Shown here: piece by piece, positions 49,153 through 58,040 of the stretch | How positions within the stretch are numbered: the stretch's first letter is position 1 | Layout: the number at the start of each line of letters is the position of its first letter | Translations under genes and position numbers: made by a program | Assembly (NCBI GenBank): GCA_964507345.1 | Contig: CAZDPL010000001.1 | Span: 2,073-66,072, forward strand | DNA length: 64,000 nucleotides | Direction of reading: 5' to 3' | Source: an uncultured Nitrososphaeria archaeon | GTDB lineage: Archaea; Thermoproteota; Nitrososphaeria_A; Caldarchaeales; Wolframiiraptoraceae | Notes under the pieces: generated by a model | Told to the model about the DNA's origin: nothing | The model's input: the letters and a program-made list of their open reading frames with translations, nothing else | Database searches by the model: none

Positions 49153-51100
49153 CCTAGCCTACATTTTCCTGTTCCTGCTAGCGCTAATGCTAATCGCCCC
49201 ACTAACCAGTAGCGTAGCCGCTCAAACTATACCAGATGTAAAGTTCGCGGACGCATGGTTCGGAGACTTGAATAAGAAGATCGAGGTGGAGCCAGGCGAC
49301 AAAGGTGTCCAGCTAGTAGTCCAGCTCGTAAACACGGAAGATAAGCCGTTTAGATACGCTGAAGGAATACTATATCTTCCAGGAGGGTTCAGAGACGCGG
49401 TCACAGGAGATCAGAAGACAAAGCTTTCAGTAACCCAGCAGATCCCAGCAGGCGGATACTTCTACTTCAAATTCTTGATAGACATAGGCGAAGACGTTAA
49501 GGTAGGTGAATACAAGGCGAAACTCGAAGTCAGATACGTCGAATGGGATGAAGATGATCTCTCGCAAACATTCATCAACATAAAGTTCAGAGTAACAGGC
49601 AAAGCCGTAATCAGCTCTGAGGTCGCCCCGAACGAGATACCGCCGGGAAGCAAGCAGAATGTTAACCTGATTGTAAGGAACATTGGTTCAACTGAGGCAT
49701 CAGATGTTGAGATCTGGATTGAAAGCGCTTCTCCAGGCTTAGCAATTCTCGAAGGGCAGGGAAGGCATAGGCTTGGAAACCTCGCGCCGAACGCCTCCGT
49801 TAAGGTGCCTTTAACGCTCATAGCTAGCAGAGCGATCGCTGACACGACCGCAGCTCTCAAACTTGTGGTCAGCTACTTCAACTCCTACGGCTTCAAGGTT
49901 ACTGAAACTCAAACAGTCTCAGTGAAGGTCGAGCCGCTAGGTGGAGTAGCGGTGGTTCTCGACGTTTATGCGGCGAACCCGATTCTGGAGCCAGCGCGAA
50001 CTACCTCGCTTGAAGTAGTTGTAGCAAATCGGGGAACTGAGGTGGCTAAGGACGTAAACGTGATGATAGGCTTCTCGCAGCTTCCGAACCCGCCGATAAC
50101 CTTGCTGAAAGGGGAGTCATCGATAAAGCTTGGCGACATAGCTCCAGGAGAGGAGAAGAAGATTGATCTCGAAGTATTCGTGAACGAGCTGGCCTCAGGG
50201 AGATCTTACTCGATCCCGGTTTCAGTGGCTTACGCGGATGATGAAGGCCGTCATGTCATCCAAACGGGATTAACCTTAACGATCCTAGAGGAAAGTCGGA
50301 GGAATAGGCTGAGAATATACACGGAGGAATATGTGCGGGGAGGAATGATCGAGAAGGTGAACATCACGGTCGAGAACATAGCTGGAGAAGAACTGAGAGA
50401 CATAACCTTAACGCTTTCACCGATGGTGGGCTGGGTAACACTCCTCGGCCCAACGACCTGGAACATACCCAAGCTCGAAAGCGGTGAGAAAACCGTGCTT
50501 AAACTAGAGATGTATGTTCCATCAGAAACCGCAACTGGATCAACGATAGGCGAACCATTCAACTTGAAAGTGGATGCGAGCTTCAGAGATAGGAGCGGGC
50601 AAATTCGAAGCGAAGTCCATGTACTCGGAATGTACGTCAAAGGAATAATAGAGCTCAGATTGCAGGAGATCTCGATCGAGAAGCTTGGAGAAGATATCTT
50701 GCTGATAGGTAGATTGCTTAATGAGGGAACAGAGAAGGCGTCATATACGCAGGTTCAGCTAATCGGAGGAGACCTCCAATCCAACATAGTCAGCTATCTC
50801 GGAGACGTTGAGCCAAACGCCCCGATCCTCTTCAACATACCGGTCGAAAAGCTTCTGAAGACCGAGGGAAAGGCTAAGGTGAAGCTTAAGGTCACCTACC
50901 AGAACTCGCTGAGACAGAGAGGCGAGACGATCCTAGAAGCAGAGGTCGATATACCCTCCTTCTCGGAGGAATCCGCGCAAGCCGAGGCGCCGAGCCTTCT
51001 TCAAGGAATGCGTCTACCGCTAGTGATTCTATTGGTGATCATAGCGGCCGCGGTGGTAATCTATTTCGCGAGGAGGTCGAGGAGGGTTGAAGCTACTTGA
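49139..51100 (+). CDS. Large cell-surface protein with repeated CARDB/DUF11-like beta-sandwich domains (COG1361-like), an N-terminal signal peptide and a C-terminal TM anchor
   Basis: Signal peptide MRRINLAYIFLFLLALMLIAPLTSSVAA. At least three repeats of the pattern VNLIVRNIGSTEASDVEI / LEVVVANRGTEVAKDVNV / VNITVENIAGEELRDITL. C-terminal LPLVILLVIIAAAVVIYFARRSRR. 653 aa. Confidence 0.55.
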   Translation: MRRINLAYIFLFLLALMLIAPLTSSVAAQTIPDVKFADAWFGDLNKKIEVEPGDKGVQLVVQLVNTEDKPFRYAEGILYLPGGFRDAVTGDQKTKLSVTQQIPAGGYFYFKFLIDIGEDVKVGEYKAKLEVRYVEWDEDDLSQTFINIKFRVTGKAVISSEVAPNEIPPGSKQNVNLIVRNIGSTEASDVEIWIESASPGLAILEGQGRHRLGNLAPNASVKVPLTLIASRAIADTTAALKLVVSYFNSYGFKVTETQTVSVKVEPLGGVAVVLDVYAANPILEPARTTSLEVVVANRGTEVAKDVNVMIGFSQLPNPPITLLKGESSIKLGDIAPGEEKKIDLEVFVNELASGRSYSIPVSVAYADDEGRHVIQTGLTLTILEESRRNRLRIYTEEYVRGGMIEKVNITVENIAGEELRDITLTLSPMVGWVTLLGPTTWNIPKLESGEKTVLKLEMYVPSETATGSTIGEPFNLKVDASFRDRSGQIRSEVHVLGMYVKGIIELRLQEISIEKLGEDILLIGRLLNEGTEKASYTQVQLIGGDLQSNIVSYLGDVEPNAPILFNIPVEKLLKTEGKAKVKLKVTYQNSLRQRGETILEAEVDIPSFSEESAQAEAPSLLQGMRLPLVILLVIIAAAVVIYFARRSRRVEAT

Positions 51101-52313
51101 CATCATATGGTACGCCTTTAAGGGGCTTAGGGATAGAAGGACTAGAAGCGTCCTGACGATAATCGGGATAGCCATAGGAATAGTCGCGATCGTGACCTTG
51201 ATCTCGAACAGCCAAGGCTTCGATAACTTCCTCACCGACGTTCTCTCCAGGATAGGAAGCAACAATATCTGGGTGATCCCGGTTAAAGGCTCCCTGAAGT
51301 TCACGGACACGGACGTGATCATGCTTTCAAGAATCCCAGGGGTGAAAGCTTCCGCACCCTTCTATCTCAGTAGAGTTGTCTTGAGGTCGGGGTCCATCGA
51401 GAAGCAGGTAAACTTCATCGCAACGGATCCGAGGATCATAAAGCTAATTCTACCAGATCTAGAGCTTGGAGAAGGAGAGCCACTTCAGCCAACGGATATG
51501 GCCATAATCGCTCTCGGATACAAGGTCGCCCATCCCCCCGAAGACCCAAACAAGAGGATAAACCTCTACTCCTCGGTTACAATCTACGTTAAGCAGGGTT
51601 CGAAGATAAAGAGCAGAACCTTCACGGTTGGAGCAATCTATAAGGAATTTGGATCCACACCTTACCTCGATGTGGATAATAGCGTTCTAGGAACGGTTGG
51701 AGAGGCTAGAAGTCTCTTTGAGTATAACTATTATCCAGCGATAGTTCTCGTGGCGGAGAACCCTGATGCCGTCGAGCCGATAATCTCGATGCTCAGAAGC
51801 ATCTACGGCGACGACATAGAGATAATCAGCCCACTTACGATCGTGAGGAACGTTAGAGCGTTGATATCAAACTTCTCGATCTTCATGGTAATAGTTGCGA
51901 GCATTTCACTCATCGTCGCGGGAATAGGGATAATGAACACGATGATAATGTCCGTGATGGAGAGAACGAAAGAGATAGGAATTCTTAGAGCAATAGGATT
52001 CAGCCAGAAAGATGTCGCGTTAATTTTCTTAGCCGAAGCAGCTTTAATAGGGGTGATCGGAGGACTGCTGGGAATATTCCTCGGAGCAACCTCCTCGCTC
52101 ACCCTTGGAGACGTGTTCGCAAAAATGCTCCAAGTCAGGGAGGCGAGCACCCAAATAGCCCAAGCGCTACAAATCTCCTATACGCCCGTAATCTCCCCAG
52201 ATCTCCTCCTGGAAAGCTTCTTTTTCGCAATCTTCGTCGGAATCTTTTCCGGACTTTATCCAGCCATGAAGGCGGCGAGAATGGATCCAGTGCAAGCTCT
52301 CAGAGCCGAGTAA
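51087..52313 (+). CDS. ABC transporter permease, FtsX/MacB-like family
   Basis: N-terminal TM helix, a large extracytoplasmic domain, then three C-terminal TM helices with the FtsX-like region (ILRAIGFSQKDVALIF). 408 aa. Overlaps the upstream gene by 14 nt. Confidence 0.75.
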   Translation: MKLLDIIWYAFKGLRDRRTRSVLTIIGIAIGIVAIVTLISNSQGFDNFLTDVLSRIGSNNIWVIPVKGSLKFTDTDVIMLSRIPGVKASAPFYLSRVVLRSGSIEKQVNFIATDPRIIKLILPDLELGEGEPLQPTDMAIIALGYKVAHPPEDPNKRINLYSSVTIYVKQGSKIKSRTFTVGAIYKEFGSTPYLDVDNSVLGTVGEARSLFEYNYYPAIVLVAENPDAVEPIISMLRSIYGDDIEIISPLTIVRNVRALISNFSIFMVIVASISLIVAGIGIMNTMIMSVMERTKEIGILRAIGFSQKDVALIFLAEAALIGVIGGLLGIFLGATSSLTLGDVFAKMLQVREASTQIAQALQISYTPVISPDLLLESFFFAIFVGIFSGLYPAMKAARMDPVQALRAE

Positions 52314-52390
52314 CAGAAACTAAACAACCTCCCATATTCTGATTCTTCGACTACATGTTTTAAAGATGAATTCTCCGAGACAAGAGCGAG

Positions 52391-52648
52391 ATGCAGGCGA
52401 AAATTTCCACATGGGATCAGGCGAAGGAACTCGGGCTACGAGAAGCCGAGAAAAGGCTTGGAGTAAAGATCGAGAAATACTGGCCCAATTCAATCAGCTT
52501 GGAGCCGACGACACATGGAGGCTTATGGGACGTGAGACTCGAACTCCAAGTAAAGAAGTCGCTTGGAAAGAAAGCGCTCATCCGAGTCTCGATGAAGCTA
52601 GATCCAAAAACAGGTGAAGTAAAAGAATTCAAAGCAGAGCAGTCTTAG
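52391..52648 (+). CDS. Small hypothetical protein (85 aa), possibly a PepSY-like fold
   Basis: Best of three overlapping small ORFs in this gap. Non-repetitive composition; GGLWDVRLELQVKKSLGKKALIRVSMKLDPKTGEVKEF resembles PepSY-type hairpins. Confidence 0.35.
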   Translation: MQAKISTWDQAKELGLREAEKRLGVKIEKYWPNSISLEPTTHGGLWDVRLELQVKKSLGKKALIRVSMKLDPKTGEVKEFKAEQS

Positions 52649-52766
52649 CCGGCTCAGCGAGGGCCATTTAACTTCACCTCCTCCGAACTCGGCAAATTCG
52701 TCATCGCCGGCAAGCGAAATAATATCGTCCTTGGATTTGACCTTTACTAGGAGGGAGGTGGCTTAA

Positions 52767-53327
52767 ATGCTATCGAAGCCGCCGATTTACGATGTTCCAG
52801 CTGAAGGCTACGATCAGCTCTACGGACGCGAGCAACTGGAGAAATATGAGCTGATAGCATTGAATCTTAGAAAGCTCTTAACCGATGTTAAGAATGTTCT
52901 GGACGTCGGATGCGCTACCTCACTTTTCGGAGAATATCTCCACGCGGTGGGCTACGATGGATTATACATCGGGATAGACGTGGACTTAGATAGGTTGAAG
53001 ATCGCAAAGAGCAAGCTAGGTGAAAGACTTATGCTGATTCAAGCAGATGCTCATAACCTCCCGATTAGAGATCGAGCAGTAGACTTCGCGGCATGCATAA
53101 CGGTCATACACCTCCTAGACGTTGAGAGGGCTTTAATGGAATTATTCAGAGTCTCGAAGAAGCTCATAGCGGTAACTCTCCTCAAAAAGAGGCTTGACCT
53201 AAAACCGAAACTTTTGAAAATATTTTCATCGATGAGCCGAAGCTGGTCACTGAAATACCTCTCAGTCCATAGAGTCAAAGACGAAATATTTATTCTCGAA
53301 AAAGTGAAGGAAGAATGTCGGCTCTGA
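52767..53327 (+). CDS. Class I SAM-dependent methyltransferase
   Basis: Motif I VLDVGCATSLFG, motif post-I GIDVD and motif II LIQADAHNLP. 186 aa. Confidence 0.75.
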   Translation: MLSKPPIYDVPAEGYDQLYGREQLEKYELIALNLRKLLTDVKNVLDVGCATSLFGEYLHAVGYDGLYIGIDVDLDRLKIAKSKLGERLMLIQADAHNLPIRDRAVDFAACITVIHLLDVERALMELFRVSKKLIAVTLLKKRLDLKPKLLKIFSSMSRSWSLKYLSVHRVKDEIFILEKVKEECRL

Positions 53328-53332
53328 GAAAG

Positions 53333-54640
53333 TCAGGGTATCAGCCTGAATCTATCTCTTGGGAAGAGAACTACCTCCCTGATATTTTGTCTCCCGGTAA
53401 GCACCATGAGAAGTCTTTCGAATCCCAGGCCCCATCCAGCGTGAACCGGCATACCGTAATCATAGACTTTCAAATGCTCTTTAAACGAGTCGGGGTTTAA
53501 TCCCTGTTCTCTCAATCTTTTTTCGAGAAGACTTCTATCGGAGATTCTAGTTCCTCCAGAGGCGAGTTCGAGCCATCCATACATTAAGTCGAATGATTCT
53601 GAGACTTCTGGTCTATCTCGGCATGGCTGGATGTAGAATGGCTTAGAAGCTGTCGGGAAGTGGGTTATGAAGTAGTAGCCTCTATGCTTTTCTCCAAGCT
53701 TTCTGAGATGCGGCGTCTGGAAGTCCTCTCCCCATTCGAGCTCTTCTCCGAGTTCCTTAAGGAGTTCATCATACGTAAATCTCTCAAAAGGCGTCTTCGG
53801 AACATCCAGCTCCACGCCGAGAATTTTCAATTCTTTTTCTCTTTCCTCGAGAACTTTTTCGTGGACGTGCGCTATCATCTTCTCGAGAACCTTCATCACG
53901 TCGCTGTAATCCATGAAAGCTCCCTCGATATCAACCGAAGTGAATTCGCTTAGATGCCTTCTCGTATGCGACTCCTCAGCTCTAAAGAACGTTCCTATCT
54001 CGAAAACCCTCTCGAAAACGGTGGTTAATTCTTCTTTATACAGCTGCGGGCTCTGAGCTAGAAACGCTTTTCGATCGAAGTATTTGACTTCGAAGAGGGC
54101 GGCCCCTCCCTCGGTAGCGGTAGCAATTATCCTCGGAGTCCTAACTTCAATGAAACCCTCGCTTCTCAGATATTCTCTAATCGCCTCTAAAGCGGTTGAT
54201 GCTATCAGGAATATGGCCTTATTTTCGGGCTTCCTCAGATCTAGGATCCTATGATCAAGCCTGGTATCTATGTTGGCGGGAACTTTTCCAGTTACATCAT
54301 ATGGGATAGGGCGTTTAGCTCTTGCCAGCACCTCTATCCTCTCTAAGACAACTTCCACCCCCAACTTCGCCTTCGGCTGCTCCTTCACGGTGCCTTCGAC
54401 GTAGATCACGTCTTCGAAGCCGAGATCTTCAAGCTTTTGGAGCTCCTCCTCTTTCAAATCTTTCTTCTTTACCGTTATTTGGCAGATTCCAGAGATATCT
54501 CTGAGAAGGATGAATTTTATTCCACCTAGATCTCTTACGTCGTGAACCCATCCGAGAAGCTTAACTCTTTGCCCATCTATGGCTGGAGTTATCTCAGCCG
54601 ACTTGTGCGTTCTTTGAAACTTTTCTCGATCGGCCTTCAC
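53333..54640 (-). CDS. aspS: Aspartyl-tRNA synthetase (archaeal/eukaryotic type)
   Basis: N-terminal OB anticodon-binding domain (VKLLGWVHDVRDLGGIKFILLRD). Class II motifs FFRAEES and GGAALFEVKYF, and the C-terminal GWGLGFERLLM. 435 aa. Confidence 0.9.
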   Translation of the reverse strand: MKADREKFQRTHKSAEITPAIDGQRVKLLGWVHDVRDLGGIKFILLRDISGICQITVKKKDLKEEELQKLEDLGFEDVIYVEGTVKEQPKAKLGVEVVLERIEVLARAKRPIPYDVTGKVPANIDTRLDHRILDLRKPENKAIFLIASTALEAIREYLRSEGFIEVRTPRIIATATEGGAALFEVKYFDRKAFLAQSPQLYKEELTTVFERVFEIGTFFRAEESHTRRHLSEFTSVDIEGAFMDYSDVMKVLEKMIAHVHEKVLEEREKELKILGVELDVPKTPFERFTYDELLKELGEELEWGEDFQTPHLRKLGEKHRGYYFITHFPTASKPFYIQPCRDRPEVSESFDLMYGWLELASGGTRISDRSLLEKRLREQGLNPDSFKEHLKVYDYGMPVHAGWGLGFERLLMVLTGRQNIREVVLFPRDRFRLIP

Positions 54641-55157
54641 GCCTTCTCCACCTTTTCTCGAAGTCTATGCTGAGCTTCATCTTCTTGACTTCTTCGACGA
54701 CGCGTATAAGTGATTCAGGGCTGACCTTTAAATTTCTCTCATGATCGAATATTATCCTAGTCTCCTCCGATCCGTCGGGAAGCCAGATCTTATTCACGGC
54801 CACGACTCTAGCCGGAGAAGCGATTCTTTCTATGAACTTTATCGGATCAGGGCTATCCTCTAGTATCCGTGTAGGCTTCTCAAGCTCCTCGGCCAAGCTC
54901 TTCCTAAGCTGAGCTAGTTCACGGAAATCTAGGCTTTGAAGGCTTCCCTCCCTTAGGACGACGAAGATAACATCTCCACCATCGACGGTCTTAACATATC
55001 CAGCCTTCTGAAGCTTAGTGATCTTCTTCTCGAGCTCAAGAAGCTTCTTCATCACCTTGATGTCTAAATCGGTATAGAGCCCCCTACGTAACTTCTCTGC
55101 GCACTGGGGGCAGAAAATGCCAGTCCTAAGATCGAAGGAGCATAATGGCAGGTCCAC
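54594..55157 (-). CDS. Hypothetical protein with an N-terminal Cys-containing knuckle (CSFDLRTGIFCPQC), 187 aa
   Basis: Clean ORF upstream of aspS. Its last 47 nt overlap the aspS 5' end. No confident family assignment. Confidence 0.45.
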   Translation of the reverse strand: MDLPLCSFDLRTGIFCPQCAEKLRRGLYTDLDIKVMKKLLELEKKITKLQKAGYVKTVDGGDVIFVVLREGSLQSLDFRELAQLRKSLAEELEKPTRILEDSPDPIKFIERIASPARVVAVNKIWLPDGSEETRIIFDHERNLKVSPESLIRVVEEVKKMKLSIDFEKRWRRREGRSRKVSKNAQVG

Positions 55158-55237
55158 CTACTCACCTCTACTATCAAACTTATCGCCCACGGGAATTTAA
55201 TCCTAAAAGCTAATGGAAATATTGGAGGGTGGGAGGT

Positions 55238-55516
55238 TTAACGCTTTAGCAGTATCTCGATGGTGCTGACGCTCACCGGCTGATTATTGGGGCCAGTAAG
55301 TTCCTGGGTTCCCAGCTTTATGTCGGCGATCTTGAGATCTTTGTAGAATCTCCTTTGAAGGACTTGAACGACGTCAACTGCTCGGCTGATGGCTCTGCCT
55401 CTGGCCTTAATTAGCAGCTGATTGGCGCCTCCTTGGAGAGTCGTCAGGCAGGCGAAGACATAGTTCATCAGCGGCTTCTTACCTACTAAAACGGTTGGAA
55501 TCTCGCTCTCGGACAT
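55238..55516 (-). CDS. albA: DNA/RNA-binding protein Alba
   Basis: 92 aa. TVLVGKKPLMNYVFACLTTLQGGANQLLIKARGRAISRAVDVVQVL is the Alba signature. Confidence 0.9.
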   Translation of the reverse strand: MSESEIPTVLVGKKPLMNYVFACLTTLQGGANQLLIKARGRAISRAVDVVQVLQRRFYKDLKIADIKLGTQELTGPNNQPVSVSTIEILLKR

Positions 55517-55720
55517 TTTTCACACTCTCCGTGGGCTAATAGACGTATTTTCCTCCATCATAAATACATTCTCCTCCAAAATTGACAAGCCGATTTCAGA
55601 AATCTCAACAACATCTTTTTATCAGCAGCGTTGACTCTATAGAAGCCTACGCAAAGCTGGAGTAAATGAAAGCTCGAGAGAATAATCGCTATATTCTGGC
55701 ATTAATGCTTCTAAACCGGT

Positions 55721-55882
55721 ATGCCGATAAGGGATGCAGCTCTCCTACAATTGGCTCAGAAGAGGCGGCTCTACTATAAGATATGTAGAGAATGCGGAGC
55801 CCGAAACGCCCCAACCGCTGAGAAATGCCGAAAATGCAGAAGCTACAACCTGCGATGGAAGCGTAGAGAGATCAAGCGGTAA
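55721..55882 (+). CDS. rpl40e: Ribosomal protein L40e, 53 aa. Below the ORF-track size cutoff.
   Basis: Hand translation gives MPIRDAALLQLAQKRRLYYKICRECGARNAPTAEKCRKCRSYNLRWKRREIKR. It has the L40e C4 zinc knuckle (C-x2-C ... C-x2-C), basic composition and typical length. Confidence 0.7.
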   Translation: MPIRDAALLQLAQKRRLYYKICRECGARNAPTAEKCRKCRSYNLRWKRREIKR

Positions 55883-55940
55883 TCCCCTAAATCATTAAGC
55901 TGAAATATTTTTCTAAGACATATACATACAGCTTGGATCG

Positions 55941-56013
55941 GGGCCGGTAGTCTAGAGGCTATGACGCCGCCCTCACACGGCGGAGGTCGTGGGTTCGAAT
56001 CCCACCCGGCCCA
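55941..56013 (+). tRNA. tRNA-Val (anticodon CAC), 73 nt, no intron, CCA not encoded
   Basis: Cloverleaf read by hand. Acceptor GGGCCGG/CCGGCCC with discriminator A. D-arm GTCT-AGAGGCTA-TGAC. Anticodon stem CCGCC/GGCGG with loop CTCACAC. T-arm GTGGG-TTCGAAT-CCCAC. Confidence 0.85.
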
Positions 56014-56019
56014 TACCAT

Positions 56020-56748
56020 TTACTCAAACAATCTCCAAGAGCGCTGTAATCTGCTTAAGGAGCTCCATGGAAGAAGCTTGACGACTATATCCTTCGATAC
56101 AGCTTCAACTTCATCTCTAACTCTTTCATATGCCCTAGCTGGAGTAACGCCCAACTTTATGCTCAGTAGGTGCATGGTTAGAGTCAATGCTTGATGACTG
56201 GCGATAAGTGCGCCCACTCTCTGAAGAGCTAAGAGGCTTTCAACTTCCTGTGGAGCCATATTTAAAATCAATAGGCAGTCAAGCCCTCGAGCAGCCAATT
56301 CCTGCAGGAATCTCAATTGGAGCATTGAGGGAGCATCCGCTGAAATGCTCACAAGGGATCCTCGAAAGATTCCGATCCTTTCTAGGAAATCTTTCAATGG
56401 TTCTTCGTAGTGGCCTAGGGTTGCTGCAAACTTTTTGGTGGAAAATGCTTTTTGAATGCTTTCGCCGCGTGGAGTGGGATAGGCTACCCGGATCTTCGTC
56501 TCCGTAACCTCCTTTATGTATGCTAGATGAGGCGGCTTCTCGGAGGCTATGGGATTAATCTTAGTTTCCAGCCTTATTATTGACTTAAGCAGGATTTCGT
56601 CCTCGGCATTGATGATCATCCATCCATCAGCAGTCCGATCAACTTCCACGCTTCCGCCAGATGCTTCTTCGATGAGTTCTTGAAGTCTTTCTCGAAGCCT
56701 ATCTCCAAGATCCTCTCTCATATCAAGTCTTTCAGAGAGAACAAGCAT
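56020..56748 (-). CDS. Hypothetical protein (242 aa)
   Basis: Clean ORF beginning 7 nt from the 3' end of the tRNA on the opposite strand. Helical N-terminus with acidic/basic repeats. No family recognised. Confidence 0.45.
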   Translation of the reverse strand: MLVLSERLDMREDLGDRLRERLQELIEEASGGSVEVDRTADGWMIINAEDEILLKSIIRLETKINPIASEKPPHLAYIKEVTETKIRVAYPTPRGESIQKAFSTKKFAATLGHYEEPLKDFLERIGIFRGSLVSISADAPSMLQLRFLQELAARGLDCLLILNMAPQEVESLLALQRVGALIASHQALTLTMHLLSIKLGVTPARAYERVRDEVEAVSKDIVVKLLPWSSLSRLQRSWRLFE

Positions 56749-56794
56749 GATTCCGCACCCTTTTTTAATATCCTTGCTATAAAATTATTGAGCT

Positions 56795-57349
56795 ATGCTT
56801 CTAATCATTGAGAAGGAAACCATAATCGAGCTTGCTAGGCTAGTCGGCGGAGAAGACGCCGCGAGAGTTATGAAGCTCCTCTTGAAAAAGCCTGGAATAG
56901 TCGACGAGGAAATAGCATCTAGATTGAAGCTCGATGTCCGAGAAGTAAGAAGAATACTTCATAGGCTTAATGAATTCGGGATCCTACATTATGAGCTCGC
57001 GAGGGATAAGGAGACGGAGCATAGGATCTTCAGATGGTATGTTCAACAAGAGCAGGTCATAGGACTCATACTCACAAATATGAAGAAGATACTCGATAGA
57101 TTGAAGGAAAAGCTAAAGGCGGAATCCGAGAACCAATTCTATTGGTGCGGGACGCTTGGCCACCCAAGGTTTCTCTTCAGTGAAGCCATGGATAAGCTCT
57201 TTAAATGCCCTGAATGCGGGAAGCCCCTCGAGCCCCACGAGAACAGCGAGCTAATAAAAGCCTTAGAATGGAAAATTCAAGAGATAGAGAAAGCCCTAGA
57301 GGAGATGACTAAGGTTAAGAAAGTTGAAGAGATACTGGAGAAGAAGTAG
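56795..57349 (+). CDS. tfe: Transcription factor E (TFIIE-alpha homologue)
   Basis: N-terminal winged helix and a zinc ribbon (WCGTLGHPRFLFSEAMDKLFKCPECGKPL). 184 aa. Confidence 0.85.
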   Translation: MLLIIEKETIIELARLVGGEDAARVMKLLLKKPGIVDEEIASRLKLDVREVRRILHRLNEFGILHYELARDKETEHRIFRWYVQQEQVIGLILTNMKKILDRLKEKLKAESENQFYWCGTLGHPRFLFSEAMDKLFKCPECGKPLEPHENSELIKALEWKIQEIEKALEEMTKVKKVEEILEKK

Positions 57350-57355
57350 CCAAGC

Positions 57356-57925
57356 ATGCCGAAGATAACAGTTCTCAGATTAGGTCATAGGATCGCGAGA
57401 GATAAGCGGATAACAACTCACGTTGCTCTCGTAGCTAGAGCCTATGGCGCAGACGAGATAATAATCACAGGAGAGCGAGATGAGAAGATCATCGAGAGCA
57501 TTCGGAAAGTAGTTAACAACTGGGGAGGCAATTTCTCAGCAAGATTCGAGGATAGTTGGAAAAAGGTTATTACACAATGGACAAAAGCAGGTGGACTAGT
57601 AATCCACTTAACCATGTACGGCATAAACCTCCCAGACATAATCAATGAAATTCGAAGCCTATGGAACCGTGGCCGTGATCTCCTAATAGTCGTCGGCGGA
57701 GAGAAGGTTCCCGGAGAAATCTTCAAGCTAGCAGACTACAACATAGCGATATCAAATCAGCCACATAGCGAAGTAGCAGCTTTAGCAACTTTCCTCGACT
57801 GGCTCTTCGAGGGACAAGAATTAAAAAGAGAATTCCCCAACGCCAAGCTAAAGATAATCCCGAGCCCCAGAGAAAAGAAGGTTATAAGACTGCAGGAAGG
57901 AAACCGAGAAAAGAGGCCCATCTGA
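57356..57925 (+). CDS. trm56: tRNA (cytidine56-2'-O)-methyltransferase aTrm56 (SPOUT family)
   Basis: ITVLRLGHRIARDKRITTHVALVARAYGADEIII is the aTrm56 N-terminal signature. 189 aa. Confidence 0.85.
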   Translation: MPKITVLRLGHRIARDKRITTHVALVARAYGADEIIITGERDEKIIESIRKVVNNWGGNFSARFEDSWKKVITQWTKAGGLVIHLTMYGINLPDIINEIRSLWNRGRDLLIVVGGEKVPGEIFKLADYNIAISNQPHSEVAALATFLDWLFEGQELKREFPNAKLKIIPSPREKKVIRLQEGNREKRPI

Positions 57926-57967
57926 TCTGAAAACATAAATCTTGGATAATTTCAAGGGAATAGCGGA

Positions 57968-58040
57968 GGGCCGGTAGTCTAGCGGCTATGACGCCGCCCT
58001 GACGCGGCGGAGGTCCCCGGTTCGAATCCGGGCCGGCCCA
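57968..58040 (+). tRNA. tRNA-Val (anticodon GAC), 73 nt, no intron, CCA not encoded
   Basis: Acceptor GGGCCGG/CCGGCCC with discriminator A. Anticodon stem CCGCC/GGCGG with loop CTGACGC. T-arm CCCGG-TTCGAAT-CCGGG. Near-identical body to the tRNA at 55941. Confidence 0.85.

Noticed and set aside
55961-56194. 77-aa plus-strand ORF
   Set aside because: It starts inside tRNA-Val(CAC) and is antisense to the 56020-56748 gene.
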